Counted from the stretch's first letter, positions 47,859 through 58,381 are shown. The stretch is 63,870 nt of DNA from Oculatellaceae cyanobacterium bins.114 (GCA_033764315.1 JANRJA010000067.1:1-63870), one strand, 5' to 3'. Program-made: numbers and translations. The notes: generated by a model not told the origin, from the letters alone.

Positions 47859-49457
47859 TTAACCAGTAGCAACGGCTCCATTGCGGCGGCGATCGCCCGC
47901 TCCTGAGATGCAGCCTGTGCTGTCTTCAAACACCGTATGCACCCCTCCAAAAAACATATTCTGCTGTTGCCACAACACTAACTCGTCATCAAATGGAAAC
48001 TGGGTGCGATCGATCTGCAATGCATCAAACCCAGGTTCTACACTAAACACGCCCTCTTCCCAATGCACACGGGGGCTATTCACCGCCGTCTCAACTGACA
48101 TATCAAAGTCGATGATGTTTGAGATCACCTGCAAAATAGCAGTGCGAATCCGGTTAGAGCCACCCGACCCCAACACAATTTCGGGTTTATTGTGGCGCAA
48201 CACCATCGTCGGCGACATCATCGACGAGATCCGGACATTCTCTTGCCAGGTATGAAACCCATTGGGGTGCAAATCTGCTTCGCCTAACATGTTGTTTACC
48301 ATCACACCCGTACCCGGAATCACGTAAGCCGACCCCTCCCCGTTAGAAGTCGTCGCGCTGGCGGCGTTGCCTTCACCGTCAATCACACTCACATGGGTGG
48401 TGCTGCCCCACTTGTTGGTTGCAGTTGGACTGTTCACATTAGCCGCCATGCCTGGAGTTTGCAGCAGTTGTTGGGCATAGCGGGTCAAATGTTGAACCGC
48501 CAAAAATTGTTCTGCGACTGCTGGGTCATACAGTCGGCTGTCATAGCCATCCTTGCGAGCCGCATTGGTGAGTTGCATGACGCGCGCCAACAGGGTAAGG
48601 TACTCGGTTGACCCAAATACCATCTGTGTCAAATCGACCTCTGACAAGAGTTTGAGTGCAAAGGCAATCAACGCTCCGCCCGAACTGGGGGGTGGGTTTG
48701 TCACTAACAGATTGCCCCGATAGTGCATCATCAGGGGCTCTCGCTCAATCACCTGATAGTGTTTGAGGTCATCTAATGTCAAATATCCACCGCGATCGCG
48801 ACAGTCTTGCACCAGTTGTTGAGCGATCTCACCCTCATAAAAGGCCCTAGCTCCCGCTTTTGCCAGATAGGCCAGAGTGTTGCCTAAATCAGGCATAAAC
48901 TGAACATCGCCTGGTTGCAATAGCGTTCCAGTGGGCGCACAAACCTGACGAGTTTCAGGATTGGCTAACCAGATGGGCGACAAAATCTGGAAGCAATAGG
49001 CTGGAAAAACCCCAATCTCAACTCCCGTTTTGGCACAGTGAATCGCAGGCTCTGCGACCACGGAGAAGGGTAATCGACCCAGTTTTTGATGTACATGAAA
49101 CAAGCCCCCCAGATTGCCAGGAACAGCCATTGAGCCCAAGCCAATGTGAAACTCTTGCGTCACTGTACCAAAATTGACATCTACCGGATAAAAATCAACG
49201 GTTTGGGCATCTCGCTTAGCTCTGGGAGTTTGCGTAAAAAAATCGAATAGAATGTTGCGGTTGTCTTGGGTATGCGCCAACAAAAACCCTCCCCCAGCGA
49301 TCGAGGTGAGCGTTGGCTCTGCTACACAGGAGGTCAAAACAGCCGCAACGATCGCATCAAACGCATTACCCCCTGATTGCAAGATCTCTCTGCCTGCTTC
49401 AGCCACTTTGGGATGTCCGGCGGCGATCGCACCGCCTCTGGTTGAGGTTATACCCAT
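47859..49457 (-). CDS. ggt: Gamma-glutamyltransferase
   Basis: GGNAFDAIVAA, GGGFLL, NPPPSSGG, catalytic Thr in GSTTHVSVID, SSMMSPT, GSGGSNRI, GAGDRRR. Confidence 0.93.
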   Translation of the reverse strand: MGITSTRGGAIAAGHPKVAEAGREILQSGGNAFDAIVAAVLTSCVAEPTLTSIAGGGFLLAHTQDNRNILFDFFTQTPRAKRDAQTVDFYPVDVNFGTVTQEFHIGLGSMAVPGNLGGLFHVHQKLGRLPFSVVAEPAIHCAKTGVEIGVFPAYCFQILSPIWLANPETRQVCAPTGTLLQPGDVQFMPDLGNTLAYLAKAGARAFYEGEIAQQLVQDCRDRGGYLTLDDLKHYQVIEREPLMMHYRGNLLVTNPPPSSGGALIAFALKLLSEVDLTQMVFGSTEYLTLLARVMQLTNAARKDGYDSRLYDPAVAEQFLAVQHLTRYAQQLLQTPGMAANVNSPTATNKWGSTTHVSVIDGEGNAASATTSNGEGSAYVIPGTGVMVNNMLGEADLHPNGFHTWQENVRISSMMSPTMVLRHNKPEIVLGSGGSNRIRTAILQVISNIIDFDMSVETAVNSPRVHWEEGVFSVEPGFDALQIDRTQFPFDDELVLWQQQNMFFGGVHTVFEDSTGCISGAGDRRRNGAVATG

Positions 49458-49640
49458 TGCATTGACTCAAATTATTGTTCTACTTTACAAAAATTGATCC
49501 CCCTATTCCGGTTGCGCTAGGCCAAACCAACCGAATTTAAAGAGTTCTTGAACCATCGCACCATTCTTCCACAGGATCGCCACCAGAAAAGCTATAACTC
49601 ATGGAGATGCGCTATTGGTGTCGTTTTAGGATGAATCTCT

Positions 49641-50765
49641 ATGAGTATGAAAGCGATCGCAACACTGCTCACCGGAGCGTTATCACTAGGTGCAACCCAA
49701 ATCGTGACACTGGTTTGGCAACTAGAGGTAGACACACGCGGCACAGAGGGCACCATTGAGGCAGCCGAATTTGCCAAGCGCGATCGCCTGATCGTGACAG
49801 GCAGTGCCAACGGCAAAGTTAGTGTCTGGCAACAATCGGATCACCAACTCGTGTGGCAGAGCGACTATTGGGATGGCTCGACCGACGGCAAAACAGGCGA
49901 AGTCGAGGCAGTCACCTTCTCCCCCGATGGGGCATGGGTCGCCGCAGGTGGCAACTCAGACGGCATCAAAATCTATCGGGGCAGGGATGGTGACTTGGTC
50001 GCTGAGTTGGGGGGCGATGGAGCTGATGGCATCGCCTTCTCAGATGACGGACGATACTTTGCGGCTCCCGACAAACGCACCGTACACCTGTATGACCCCA
50101 GCAATTGGGAACGAAATGACGAGTTTCGGGTGCGCCATGACTGCGAGGTCAACTCGATTGACTTCAGCCATGACAATCAATACATGTTGACCGGGTCGTG
50201 CGATAGAACGGTGCGCATCACGCGCATAGAAGACGGGGAGTTGGTGCGACGCATCGAAGCGGCTGAGGAAGGCGGCTCAGTGAAATCTGTGCGGCTGTCT
50301 CCGGATGGTCAATGGATCGCCACGGGTAACGGACGTGAAGGAGTTGTCAAGATTTTCCGCTTTGAAGATGGCGAGTTAGTGGCTACGCTCAACCATCCAG
50401 GAACCAATGTTGAAGCCGTCGCCTTTTCACCCGATGGACGTTATCTCGCGACTGGGGGAGGCGATCGCGAAAATAATGACCCCAGTGAACACACGAGTTT
50501 TAGAATTTACCGAGTCGATGGCTTTGAACTGCAAGATCAAATCATTGCTCATGCAGAAGGAGTCGAATACCTCGATTTCTCGCCCGACAGTGCCTATCTG
50601 CTTTCGGCTGGAGAAGATGGCATTCTCAAACTCTGGCAACTCAACGAACAAACCACCAATGTGACCTTCTTAACAACCGTAATCGTCTCAGGAATTGGTG
50701 TTTTGGGCATCGCAGGGGCGATCGCTGTCTGGTTTAGAGACAAAAGGCTAAAGGCTAAAGGCTAA
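49641..50765 (+). CDS. WD40 beta-propeller protein with N-terminal signal-like segment and C-terminal membrane anchor
   Basis: About 7 divergent WD40 blades (FSPDG motifs); C-terminal TTVIVSGIGVLGIAGAIAVWF-RDKRLK. Confidence 0.85.
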   Translation: MSMKAIATLLTGALSLGATQIVTLVWQLEVDTRGTEGTIEAAEFAKRDRLIVTGSANGKVSVWQQSDHQLVWQSDYWDGSTDGKTGEVEAVTFSPDGAWVAAGGNSDGIKIYRGRDGDLVAELGGDGADGIAFSDDGRYFAAPDKRTVHLYDPSNWERNDEFRVRHDCEVNSIDFSHDNQYMLTGSCDRTVRITRIEDGELVRRIEAAEEGGSVKSVRLSPDGQWIATGNGREGVVKIFRFEDGELVATLNHPGTNVEAVAFSPDGRYLATGGGDRENNDPSEHTSFRIYRVDGFELQDQIIAHAEGVEYLDFSPDSAYLLSAGEDGILKLWQLNEQTTNVTFLTTVIVSGIGVLGIAGAIAVWFRDKRLKAKG

Positions 50766-50920
50766 AGGATGAAGGATAAAAGAAGAACGAAAAAAGAAAA
50801 AATGAAGTTACTTAGGAGAAAGAATAAAGGATAAAATCCCCTGAATCTGACTGCCTGACACATTTTTGATGCTTGGTGATTGAAACCGCAGACTTCAACC
50901 GCCACTCCCCTGACTCTCCC

Positions 50921-51805
50921 TCAATTTTCTCGGCGCAATAAGGGGTTCACAAACTCGTTCAGCCCTTCACCCAAAAGCGACAAGCCCACCACGAGTGAGG
51001 TGAGAGCTAAGCCTGGAAATAAAGCTGTCCACCAAATTCCAGTAGGCAAGGCATCCAACGCCTGTCGCAAATCTTGCCCCCACTCTGGCGTCTGATCGGG
51101 TAAACCCAGTCCCAAAAAGCCCAAACTGCCTAACGTTAGAGCGGCATCTGCCGCATTAAGCGTAAACAACACCGGGACACTCTGAATCACATTGAGAAAC
51201 AAATAGCGCGACAACACCACCCAGGTCGAAGCCCCCATTGCCTGAGCCGCTTCAATAAACAGCTCTGTCTTGACGCTAATCGTGTGATTTCGCACGACTC
51301 GATAATATTGAGGCACATAGGCAATGCTGAGGGCGATCGCCGCATTGATCACCCCTCGTCCCACGACAAAGGCCAGCGTCACCGACAACAGCAACCCCGG
51401 CAAGGTATAGACCGCATCCATTAAAAACACCAACAAGCGATCGAGTTTGCCGCCGAGATATCCACTCAACATCCCCAAAGGAACGCCCACCAGCACACTC
51501 AGCACCGTTGCCAAAATCACGACTTGCAAAGCGGCTTGAGTACCAAACAGTGTGCGTGAAAAAATGTCATATCCCTGACGACTGGTGCCAAACCAATGCT
51601 CCGCTGAGGGGGGTTGATGAATCGGGTTACTCAGCGACTCAATCGGGTCTTGAATCCATCCCCATGACTGCATCACTGGTGCAAAAATCGCCACCCCCAC
51701 AAATATCAACGTCATCAACAGCCCGATCAGCATCATCTGTCGAGAGAGGGTCGGACGCTCAAGCCGTTGAAACAATTTGGGCGATCGCACTTTAAGGTGG
51801 GTCAT
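50921..51805 (-). CDS. Peptide/nickel ABC transporter permease (DppC-like)
   Basis: HWFGTSRQGYDIFSR, LFIEAAQAMGAS, LGFLGLGLP..PEWG, LLGEGL. Confidence 0.92.
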   Translation of the reverse strand: MTHLKVRSPKLFQRLERPTLSRQMMLIGLLMTLIFVGVAIFAPVMQSWGWIQDPIESLSNPIHQPPSAEHWFGTSRQGYDIFSRTLFGTQAALQVVILATVLSVLVGVPLGMLSGYLGGKLDRLLVFLMDAVYTLPGLLLSVTLAFVVGRGVINAAIALSIAYVPQYYRVVRNHTISVKTELFIEAAQAMGASTWVVLSRYLFLNVIQSVPVLFTLNAADAALTLGSLGFLGLGLPDQTPEWGQDLRQALDALPTGIWWTALFPGLALTSLVVGLSLLGEGLNEFVNPLLRREN

Positions 51806-51847
51806 GAGTTAGCAGTTCAGACATAACAGGCAAATTCTACAGCGTTA

Positions 51848-51891
51848 GAAGGCAAGAAGAGACGCGATTAATCGCGTCTCTTCTTGCCTTC
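51848..51891. repeat. Perfect 44-bp palindrome centred on the REP core
   Basis: GAAGGCAAGAAGAGACGCGATT|AATCGCGTCTCTTCTTGCCTTC. Confidence 0.95.
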
Positions 51892-51937
51892 GTCCTTCTG
51901 TTAAGATCATCTTGACCTTTTACAAAAATACATCGAC

Positions 51938-52843
51938 GTGACGGTTAAGCCAGTTAAGCCAGAGTGGTTGCGGGTCAAAGCCCCTCAATGGGAGCGGGTT
52001 GGCAGTGTTAAAGAAATTTTGCGGGATTTGTCACTCAACACCGTGTGCGAAGAGGCATCCTGTCCCAATATTGGGGAGTGTTTCAGCCACGGTACTGCGA
52101 CATTTTTGATTATGGGGCCTGCCTGCACACGAGCGTGTCCCTATTGCGACATCGACTTTGAGAAGAAACCCCAGGCATTAGACCCCACCGAACCTGATCG
52201 CTTGGCAGAAGCCGTACGACGCATGAAGCTCAACCATGTGGTGATCACCTCAGTCAACCGAGATGATTTACCCGATGGGGGGGCCTCTCAGTTTGATCGC
52301 TGTATCCAGGAGATTCGCCGCATTTCGCCTGACACCACGATCGAAGTGTTGATTCCCGATTTGTGCGGCAACTGGGATGCGCTGGAACTCATTCTGCAAG
52401 CCAATCCAGAGGTGCTAAACCACAACACTGAGACAGTGCCACGACTTTATCGACGGGTGCGACCTCAAGGCGACTATGGGCGATCGCTCGAAGTTCTGCA
52501 AAAATCACGGCAACTGGCTCCCCACATCTACACCAAATCAGGCGTTATGGTGGGTCTGGGTGAAACAGATGAAGAAATTCGGCAAGTCATGCAGGATTTG
52601 CGATCGGTGGATTGCGACATTCTGACAATTGGGCAATATTTACAGCCCAGCCCCAAACATCTACCCGTGCAGCAATTCATCACACCCGAACAATTTGATA
52701 CCTGGCGACACTGGGGTGAAGAACTGGGATTTTTACAAATTGTTGCATCTCCGCTAACCCGTAGTTCTTATCATGCGGAACAGGTCAGGGAATTGATGAA
52801 AGAGTTTCCTAGAGAGCCAAAGTTGTCGCATGACACTCCCTAA
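51938..52843 (+). CDS. lipA: Lipoyl synthase
   Basis: [28 protein letters not shown] radical-SAM motif, RSSYHA. Confidence 0.97.
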   Translation: MTVKPVKPEWLRVKAPQWERVGSVKEILRDLSLNTVCEEASCPNIGECFSHGTATFLIMGPACTRACPYCDIDFEKKPQALDPTEPDRLAEAVRRMKLNHVVITSVNRDDLPDGGASQFDRCIQEIRRISPDTTIEVLIPDLCGNWDALELILQANPEVLNHNTETVPRLYRRVRPQGDYGRSLEVLQKSRQLAPHIYTKSGVMVGLGETDEEIRQVMQDLRSVDCDILTIGQYLQPSPKHLPVQQFITPEQFDTWRHWGEELGFLQIVASPLTRSSYHAEQVRELMKEFPREPKLSHDTP

Positions 52844-52934
52844 ACATGAATTAACGCAAACTTTGACCACAAGCGTCCGCTCTCTTTGATTTAGTTGGGC
52901 ATAATTGAGGTTGCTACTGTCTAGTCATGAATCC

Positions 52935-53696
52935 ATGAGTTCTGAACCGTTTCTGACCATTAACGATCAACCGATCTCACTCCGCAAGGCATTCCAGTAT
53001 TTACAGGTCAACCGCAAACTGGATGGATTCATTGGTGAAATTGTTCGCCAGTTTGTCATCGAGCAAGAGTTGGAAGCCAACACAACCCTGCAAATTGGGC
53101 CTGGGGTGGTCGAACAAGCCGTGATTGACTTTCGCTTGCAGCAGCAGTTGACCGATCCCAAAAAGTTTCAAGAATGGCTGACTGCAAATGGGCTAAATTA
53201 CGAAACCTTTCACAATCAAATTGCCTATGGTTTCAAGATTCGCAAGCTCAAGGATGATGTCACGGCGGCTCGGCTACAAGAATATTTCATCGAACGCAAA
53301 GTATTTCTCGATCGCGTTGTGCTCTCTCGCATCATCGTGGCAGACCAGGAACTGGCAGATGAGCTAAAGAGTCAGCTGTTTGAAGGAGCCAAGTTTGAAC
53401 AACTCGCTCGCGAATATTCTTTGACCGACGACAAAATGATGAACGGCATGGTTGGGCCTGTTAGTCGAGGCACGATGCCTGATATTTTGCGCTCTGCCGT
53501 TGATTTAGCTAAGCCCGGAGATGTAGTCGGTCCACTTGGCATGGAAGGACGGTGGGGCTTGTTCCGTGTTGAAGAAGTTCTCTCAGCCACCTTAGACGAT
53601 GCTCAGGTCAAGCAGGGATTGCAAGATGAGTTGTTTGAGCAGTGGTTAGCCGAGCGCATTCAAAAGCTTCCCATTAAGCTACAGGTAGGAGAATGA
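52935..53696 (+). CDS. PpiC/parvulin-type peptidylprolyl isomerase associated with a type I secretion ABC transporter
   Basis: VVLSRIIV..ADELK..FEQLAREYS..GMVGPVSRG..VVGP; ATGA overlap with the downstream ABC gene. Confidence 0.88.
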   Translation: MSSEPFLTINDQPISLRKAFQYLQVNRKLDGFIGEIVRQFVIEQELEANTTLQIGPGVVEQAVIDFRLQQQLTDPKKFQEWLTANGLNYETFHNQIAYGFKIRKLKDDVTAARLQEYFIERKVFLDRVVLSRIIVADQELADELKSQLFEGAKFEQLAREYSLTDDKMMNGMVGPVSRGTMPDILRSAVDLAKPGDVVGPLGMEGRWGLFRVEEVLSATLDDAQVKQGLQDELFEQWLAERIQKLPIKLQVGE

Positions 53697-56218
53697 TTAC
53701 AAACGACCAACTTGCCAGCATTGCATGGGACAATCCACCGTTGTGTTGGCTAACCTCAGAGCAGCAGTTAAAAGTCAAAGAACAAGCTCAACTACGCCAT
53801 TGCACGTTGGGGGAAGTAATTTGGTCCAACGATGCTCCGGGGAGGGAGTTTCTGGTATTGGCTGGCAATGTGCGGTTGGTGCCTGATGAGGGCAAGCCTA
53901 CTTTGCTGAAACCGGGAGATTGGTTTGGCGATTTTCCAGCTTTGACTAACCAGTGGAAGGCACGAGCCGCCAGCAAAGAAGTGACCATTCTAGAATGGCC
54001 CTCCGACATTTGGAAGGCTTTGTCTACAGCTGAGATGCAGCAGTTTTGGATGGCTCAGCGATCGCGCTATCAGCCTCAATTTAGCGATGCTCCGCAACCG
54101 CTCAAGGGTTATCCCTATGTGGGGGCGATCAACACTGGAGCTGCTTGCTTAACCATGCTGTCGCAATATTTAGAGACGCCCAACCAACTCGATTGGGTGC
54201 AGCGGCAGTTGCAAGGACAGCGTCCTAAAGACCTGATCAGTGCGGCTGAGAAACTGGGCATCCAGTTGCGGCGTTTGTTAATTGGCGATTGGAGCGATCT
54301 GCGCTTGATCAAGTTTCCGGCACTGCTGCGGTGGCAAGATCAGCGATGGGTCGTGGCGTATGGGGTAAGGGGCGATCGCCTGATTATTGCCGATCCCTTA
54401 AATACCGAAAAAACAGCCCTCACCGTTCCACGAGCAGCCGTTGAAGAAGCGTGGGATGGGCAACTCTGGCAAGCAGAATTAACGCAAAAACAAGACCGCT
54501 TCAGCTTGATGTGGTTTTTGCCTGCCGTTTGGCGGTTTAAGGGGTTGTTGGGTGAAGTCCTGGTTGCCTCTTTTACGCTGCAACTGCTGGGTCTGACTAC
54601 TCCTATCATCACTCAGGTCATCATCGACAAGGTGATGGTGCAAGAGAGCCTGCCAACGTTGGATGTGATGGCGGTTGCACTCCTTCTTGTAGCGTGTTTT
54701 GAGGCGTTCTTGGGCATCTTGCGGATGTTCATCTTTACGCATACCACCAACCGCCTCGATATGGCGTTATCGGCGCAAGTATTCCGCCATCTATTACGGC
54801 TGCCACTGGCCTATTTCGAGGCACGACGGGTTGGGGATACGGTGGCACGAGTACAAGAGCTAGAGGAGATTCGGCAATTTCTCACCAGCACAGCACTGAC
54901 GGTGATTCTCGACAGTATTTTCTCTGTGGTTTATCTGGCGGTGATGTTCTATTACAACGTCACTTTGACCTGGGTTGCCTTGGCCGTGCTGCCGTTATTT
55001 GCTCTGCTGACGTTGCTGGCTACCCCAATTCTGCGCAACTGGCTCAACGAAACCTTTAACCGCAGTGCTGATAGCCAATCGTTTTTGGTGGAAACTGTCA
55101 CCGGAATTCACTCTGTGAAAGCACACGCTGCTGAAAAAGCATCGCGCGATCGCTGGGAAGGACTCTACGCCCGTTTCATTCGTACCGGGTTTAAAGCCAC
55201 TACCACTGCCAATATCAGCAATCACCTGGGCGATTTTCTCACCAGTTTTTCAGCGATGCTGATTCTCTGGTTTGGGGCACGTCTGGTCATTAAACAAGAT
55301 CTCACCATTGGTCAATTAGTCGCATTTCAAATGTTATCGGGTCGGGTGACAGGTCCTTTGCTGCGGTTGGTACAACTCTGGCAAAACTTGCAGGAAGTAT
55401 TGCTGGCAGTCGATCGCATTGGCGACATTCTCAACGTTGCTCCTGAAGCCGAACCCGGTACAGGCTTAGTGCTGCCGCCACTGCGTGGCAATGTTGTGTT
55501 TGATCAAGTCTTTTTCCGCTATCAAGCGAACCAGGAACCGATTTTGCGGGGGGTTTCCTTTACCGTCGAACCGGGCATGTTCGTCGGCATTGTGGGACGG
55601 AGTGGATCGGGCAAAAGTACCCTTTCAAAGCTGATCCAACGGCTCTATCTGTCAGAGGCAGGACGCATTCTAATCGATGGATTTGACATCAAGAGTGCCG
55701 ACCTGGCTTCCCTGCGCCCTCAGATTGCTGTGGTGTTGCAAGAGGATTTTTTGTTTAACGGCTCCATTTTAGAAAATATCACGCTGGGCAATCCAGATGT
55801 GACGGCTGAGCAGGTGGTGGAAGCCGCACGTTTGGCCGTGGCTCATGATTTTGTTTGCGATTTGCCCCACGGCTATGACACCAACGTTGGCGAACGAGGA
55901 ACGTCTCTGTCGGGTGGTCAACGACAGCGCATTACTCTAGCACGTATGTTTCTCTCAGAGGCCCCGATCATCATTTTGGATGAAGCAACCAGCCACTTGG
56001 ATGCGGAAACCGAACAGCAGGTACTCGAAAATCTGCAACGGATCTCTAAGGGGCGTACGGTGTTTTTGATTGCTCACCGATTTGCACCACTCAAGCGAGC
56101 AGACTTAATTTTGGCAATGGAAAAAGGAGTCATTGCAGAACGAGGCACCCACGATTCGCTGTTGATGCAGAAGGGGCTATATTGGTCGCTCTATCAGCGG
56201 CAACAGTTATCGATATAG
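53693..56218 (+). CDS. HlyB-family ABC transporter (cNMP-like + C39-like + ABC membrane + ATPase)
   Basis: GAACL C39-like segment, TQVIIDKV, RRVGD, GRSGSGKST, LSGGQRQR, ILDEATS, IAHR. Confidence 0.92.
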   Translation: MITNDQLASIAWDNPPLCWLTSEQQLKVKEQAQLRHCTLGEVIWSNDAPGREFLVLAGNVRLVPDEGKPTLLKPGDWFGDFPALTNQWKARAASKEVTILEWPSDIWKALSTAEMQQFWMAQRSRYQPQFSDAPQPLKGYPYVGAINTGAACLTMLSQYLETPNQLDWVQRQLQGQRPKDLISAAEKLGIQLRRLLIGDWSDLRLIKFPALLRWQDQRWVVAYGVRGDRLIIADPLNTEKTALTVPRAAVEEAWDGQLWQAELTQKQDRFSLMWFLPAVWRFKGLLGEVLVASFTLQLLGLTTPIITQVIIDKVMVQESLPTLDVMAVALLLVACFEAFLGILRMFIFTHTTNRLDMALSAQVFRHLLRLPLAYFEARRVGDTVARVQELEEIRQFLTSTALTVILDSIFSVVYLAVMFYYNVTLTWVALAVLPLFALLTLLATPILRNWLNETFNRSADSQSFLVETVTGIHSVKAHAAEKASRDRWEGLYARFIRTGFKATTTANISNHLGDFLTSFSAMLILWFGARLVIKQDLTIGQLVAFQMLSGRVTGPLLRLVQLWQNLQEVLLAVDRIGDILNVAPEAEPGTGLVLPPLRGNVVFDQVFFRYQANQEPILRGVSFTVEPGMFVGIVGRSGSGKSTLSKLIQRLYLSEAGRILIDGFDIKSADLASLRPQIAVVLQEDFLFNGSILENITLGNPDVTAEQVVEAARLAVAHDFVCDLPHGYDTNVGERGTSLSGGQRQRITLARMFLSEAPIIILDEATSHLDAETEQQVLENLQRISKGRTVFLIAHRFAPLKRADLILAMEKGVIAERGTHDSLLMQKGLYWSLYQRQQLSI

Positions 56219-56357
56219 AGCATTGGTGTAGTCAAACTAGATAGTTGCCACTCGGTTACTGAGGTAATTGCTCAACAAGGATTCTACCCTTTGACTTCGT
56301 TAGACATGCAAATAGGTACGGCTATAATAGACCGCATTTAATTATGGCTACCCCTTC

Positions 56358-56837
56358 ATGTCTATACCCACACATTCGATCGCCATCAATGCAGCTGAAG
56401 CCCCCGCACGCACCAAACCGTCCAACTATCCTGAGCCATTTGCGTCGCGTATGGCTGGCAGAGAAAAACGCCCTTTGGGTGACCTGTTTGGACTGACAAA
56501 CTTTGGGGTCAACCTGACACGATTAGCACCAAACGCGATTTCTGCCCTTCGTCATGCTCACTCTAAGCAAGACGAGTTTATCTATATTTTGCAAGGGCGA
56601 CCTACCCTATATACCGATGAGGGTGGCACTCAACTTTCACCTGGAATGTGCGCGGGCTTTAAGGCTGGAACCGGGAACGGACACCACTTGATCAACGAGA
56701 CTTCAGAGGAGGTCGTGTATCTAGAGATTGGCGATCGCACCCCAGGGGATGAAGGCACCTATCCGGATGACGATTTGCTAGCCCTGCTCGTAGACGGCAA
56801 GTGGCAGTTTATCCATAAAGACGGCACACCCTACTGA
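56358..56837 (+). CDS. Cupin-domain protein
   Basis: GLTNFGVNL..SALRHAHSKQDEFIYIL..GNGHHLIN..YLEIGDR..YPDDDL. Confidence 0.92.
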   Translation: MSIPTHSIAINAAEAPARTKPSNYPEPFASRMAGREKRPLGDLFGLTNFGVNLTRLAPNAISALRHAHSKQDEFIYILQGRPTLYTDEGGTQLSPGMCAGFKAGTGNGHHLINETSEEVVYLEIGDRTPGDEGTYPDDDLLALLVDGKWQFIHKDGTPY

Positions 56838-56881
56838 TATCTACTGGATAAGCATTTGAATTGAAACCGAGGCAAATTACC

Positions 56882-57271
56882 CTATTCCAATTCAGAGATT
56901 TGACGTGCCAAATCAAAATCTTGTTGGGTCAAGCCACCTGCATCGTGAGTGGTTAGGCTGACCGTCACTTGGTTGTAGACAATTGTTAGGTCAGGATGAT
57001 GAGCCGCTGCTTCAGCCGGGGCGACTAAGCGGTTGATAAAGGCGATCGCCTCCACAAAATTTGCAAATTGGTAGGTGCGATAGAGGCGTTGCCCATCGGT
57101 TTCCCACCCTGGCAACGCTTGCAGTTGTTGAGTTACCTCAGCATTGGTCAGCCGGATTAGGGCAGGGTTAGCGATCGCCCCAGTTCCACTTACCCCAGGT
57201 CCACTTGACAATATGAGAACTAAACTGGCGATCGCCGCTCCCATCCCAACACTCCATCGAATTTGCCGCAT
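56882..57271 (-). CDS. Pterin-4-alpha-carbinolamine dehydratase (PhhB-like) with N-terminal signal-like extension
   Basis: EAAAHHPDLTIVYNQVTVSLTTHDAGGLTQQDFDLA. Confidence 0.9.
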   Translation of the reverse strand: MRQIRWSVGMGAAIASLVLILSSGPGVSGTGAIANPALIRLTNAEVTQQLQALPGWETDGQRLYRTYQFANFVEAIAFINRLVAPAEAAAHHPDLTIVYNQVTVSLTTHDAGGLTQQDFDLARQISELE

Positions 57272-57403
57272 GTTGTTTGCTCCAAGTCTTGCAAATCAGC
57301 CTCAAGAGAGCTGTCTTTAGATAATACGGCTGAAACTTGGAGATAGATGCCAAACCCTCCTGAAATCTGCAACTTTTTGAAACAACCGCAGAACTGACGA
57401 AGA

Positions 57404-57913
57404 TTAAATCACTTTGTTGAGAAACGCAATTTGTTGATCAAAGTCGCATTGTTTCAAAGAGCTAATTAATTCACTCGCCTTAGCTGAGGGTGGGTTTTCG
57501 GCCACAATTGCGGGCAGTTGGTTTTGCATCGCCTCACCCAACCGATACCAAACCGTCAACCGAGAATTAATACTCATATCGTTGTACTTGTCTATCGGTG
57601 AAGTGGCTCCACCGGGTAGCAATTCCAGCATTGCTTTACTGGGGTGGGGGTCAAGGGCGGTTTCATCCGATCCGATTGCTTTTTCTGACAAAACATCTTC
57701 CAAAAATTGCAGGCGATTTTCTTGACGCATGTCGTTAATTTGCTTGATCAGGTGATCCACTTCAGATGATGCTGCCATTGCAGTTTTGTGGCTGGTCACA
57801 GAGGCTTTAACCTCACTGTACAAAGCCGCTAAAGCACCCAGTTGTTCATTAACATTCAGTTTTTTAAATGCTTGGACGCATTTGGTGATCGCATCGGTAT
57901 TTGTAGATGGCAT
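57404..57913 (-). CDS. Helical carotenoid protein (orange carotenoid protein N-terminal domain homolog)
   Basis: FKKLNVNEQLGAL..LIKQINDM..RLQFLEDV..YNDMSINSRLTVWYRLGEAM..DFDQQIAFL. Confidence 0.75.
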   Translation of the reverse strand: MPSTNTDAITKCVQAFKKLNVNEQLGALAALYSEVKASVTSHKTAMAASSEVDHLIKQINDMRQENRLQFLEDVLSEKAIGSDETALDPHPSKAMLELLPGGATSPIDKYNDMSINSRLTVWYRLGEAMQNQLPAIVAENPPSAKASELISSLKQCDFDQQIAFLNKVI

Positions 57914-58102
57914 AGATTGAGAACCTTAATAAACCTGCTGACAATCCTAGTTTTTGGCGATCGCAATATCTTCTATAGATAGACCTAGATCAGGTCTCAA
58001 GTGCAGCGGGCATAAATCATTCGATAGCCAGAGGAAGAATTAAGCCAAAGCAAAGAGGATTGGCTTAGCCATTTGATAAATCAGTAACTTAGGAGAACGA
58101 CC

Positions 58103-58381
58103 TTGATTCAGTCTTTACTATTAGCGGCACAGCAAACCGAAAATGCAACGTCATTGTTCAATTGGCAAGGAACGCCTTTTATCATTGGCTCCTGCTTGCT
58201 AGTTCTATTAATTGCCTCTCGCACGATTGCAGAGCCCCACGTCGGCCCCAAAGCTCCCCTTGGGCCATTTGCCCCATTGTTTAACAACATCAGCCTGGCT
58301 GGATTCATTGGAGCGATGAGCTTTGGTCATATTTTGGGAGTGTTAGCCACACTGGGTCTATCAGGATTAATTCAGAATTAA
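58103..58381 (+). CDS. psaK: Photosystem I reaction centre subunit PsaK
   Basis: Two TMs, HVGPKAPL loop, [22 protein letters not shown] before TTG. Confidence 0.88.
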   Translation: MIQSLLLAAQQTENATSLFNWQGTPFIIGSCLLVLLIASRTIAEPHVGPKAPLGPFAPLFNNISLAGFIGAMSFGHILGVLATLGLSGLIQN

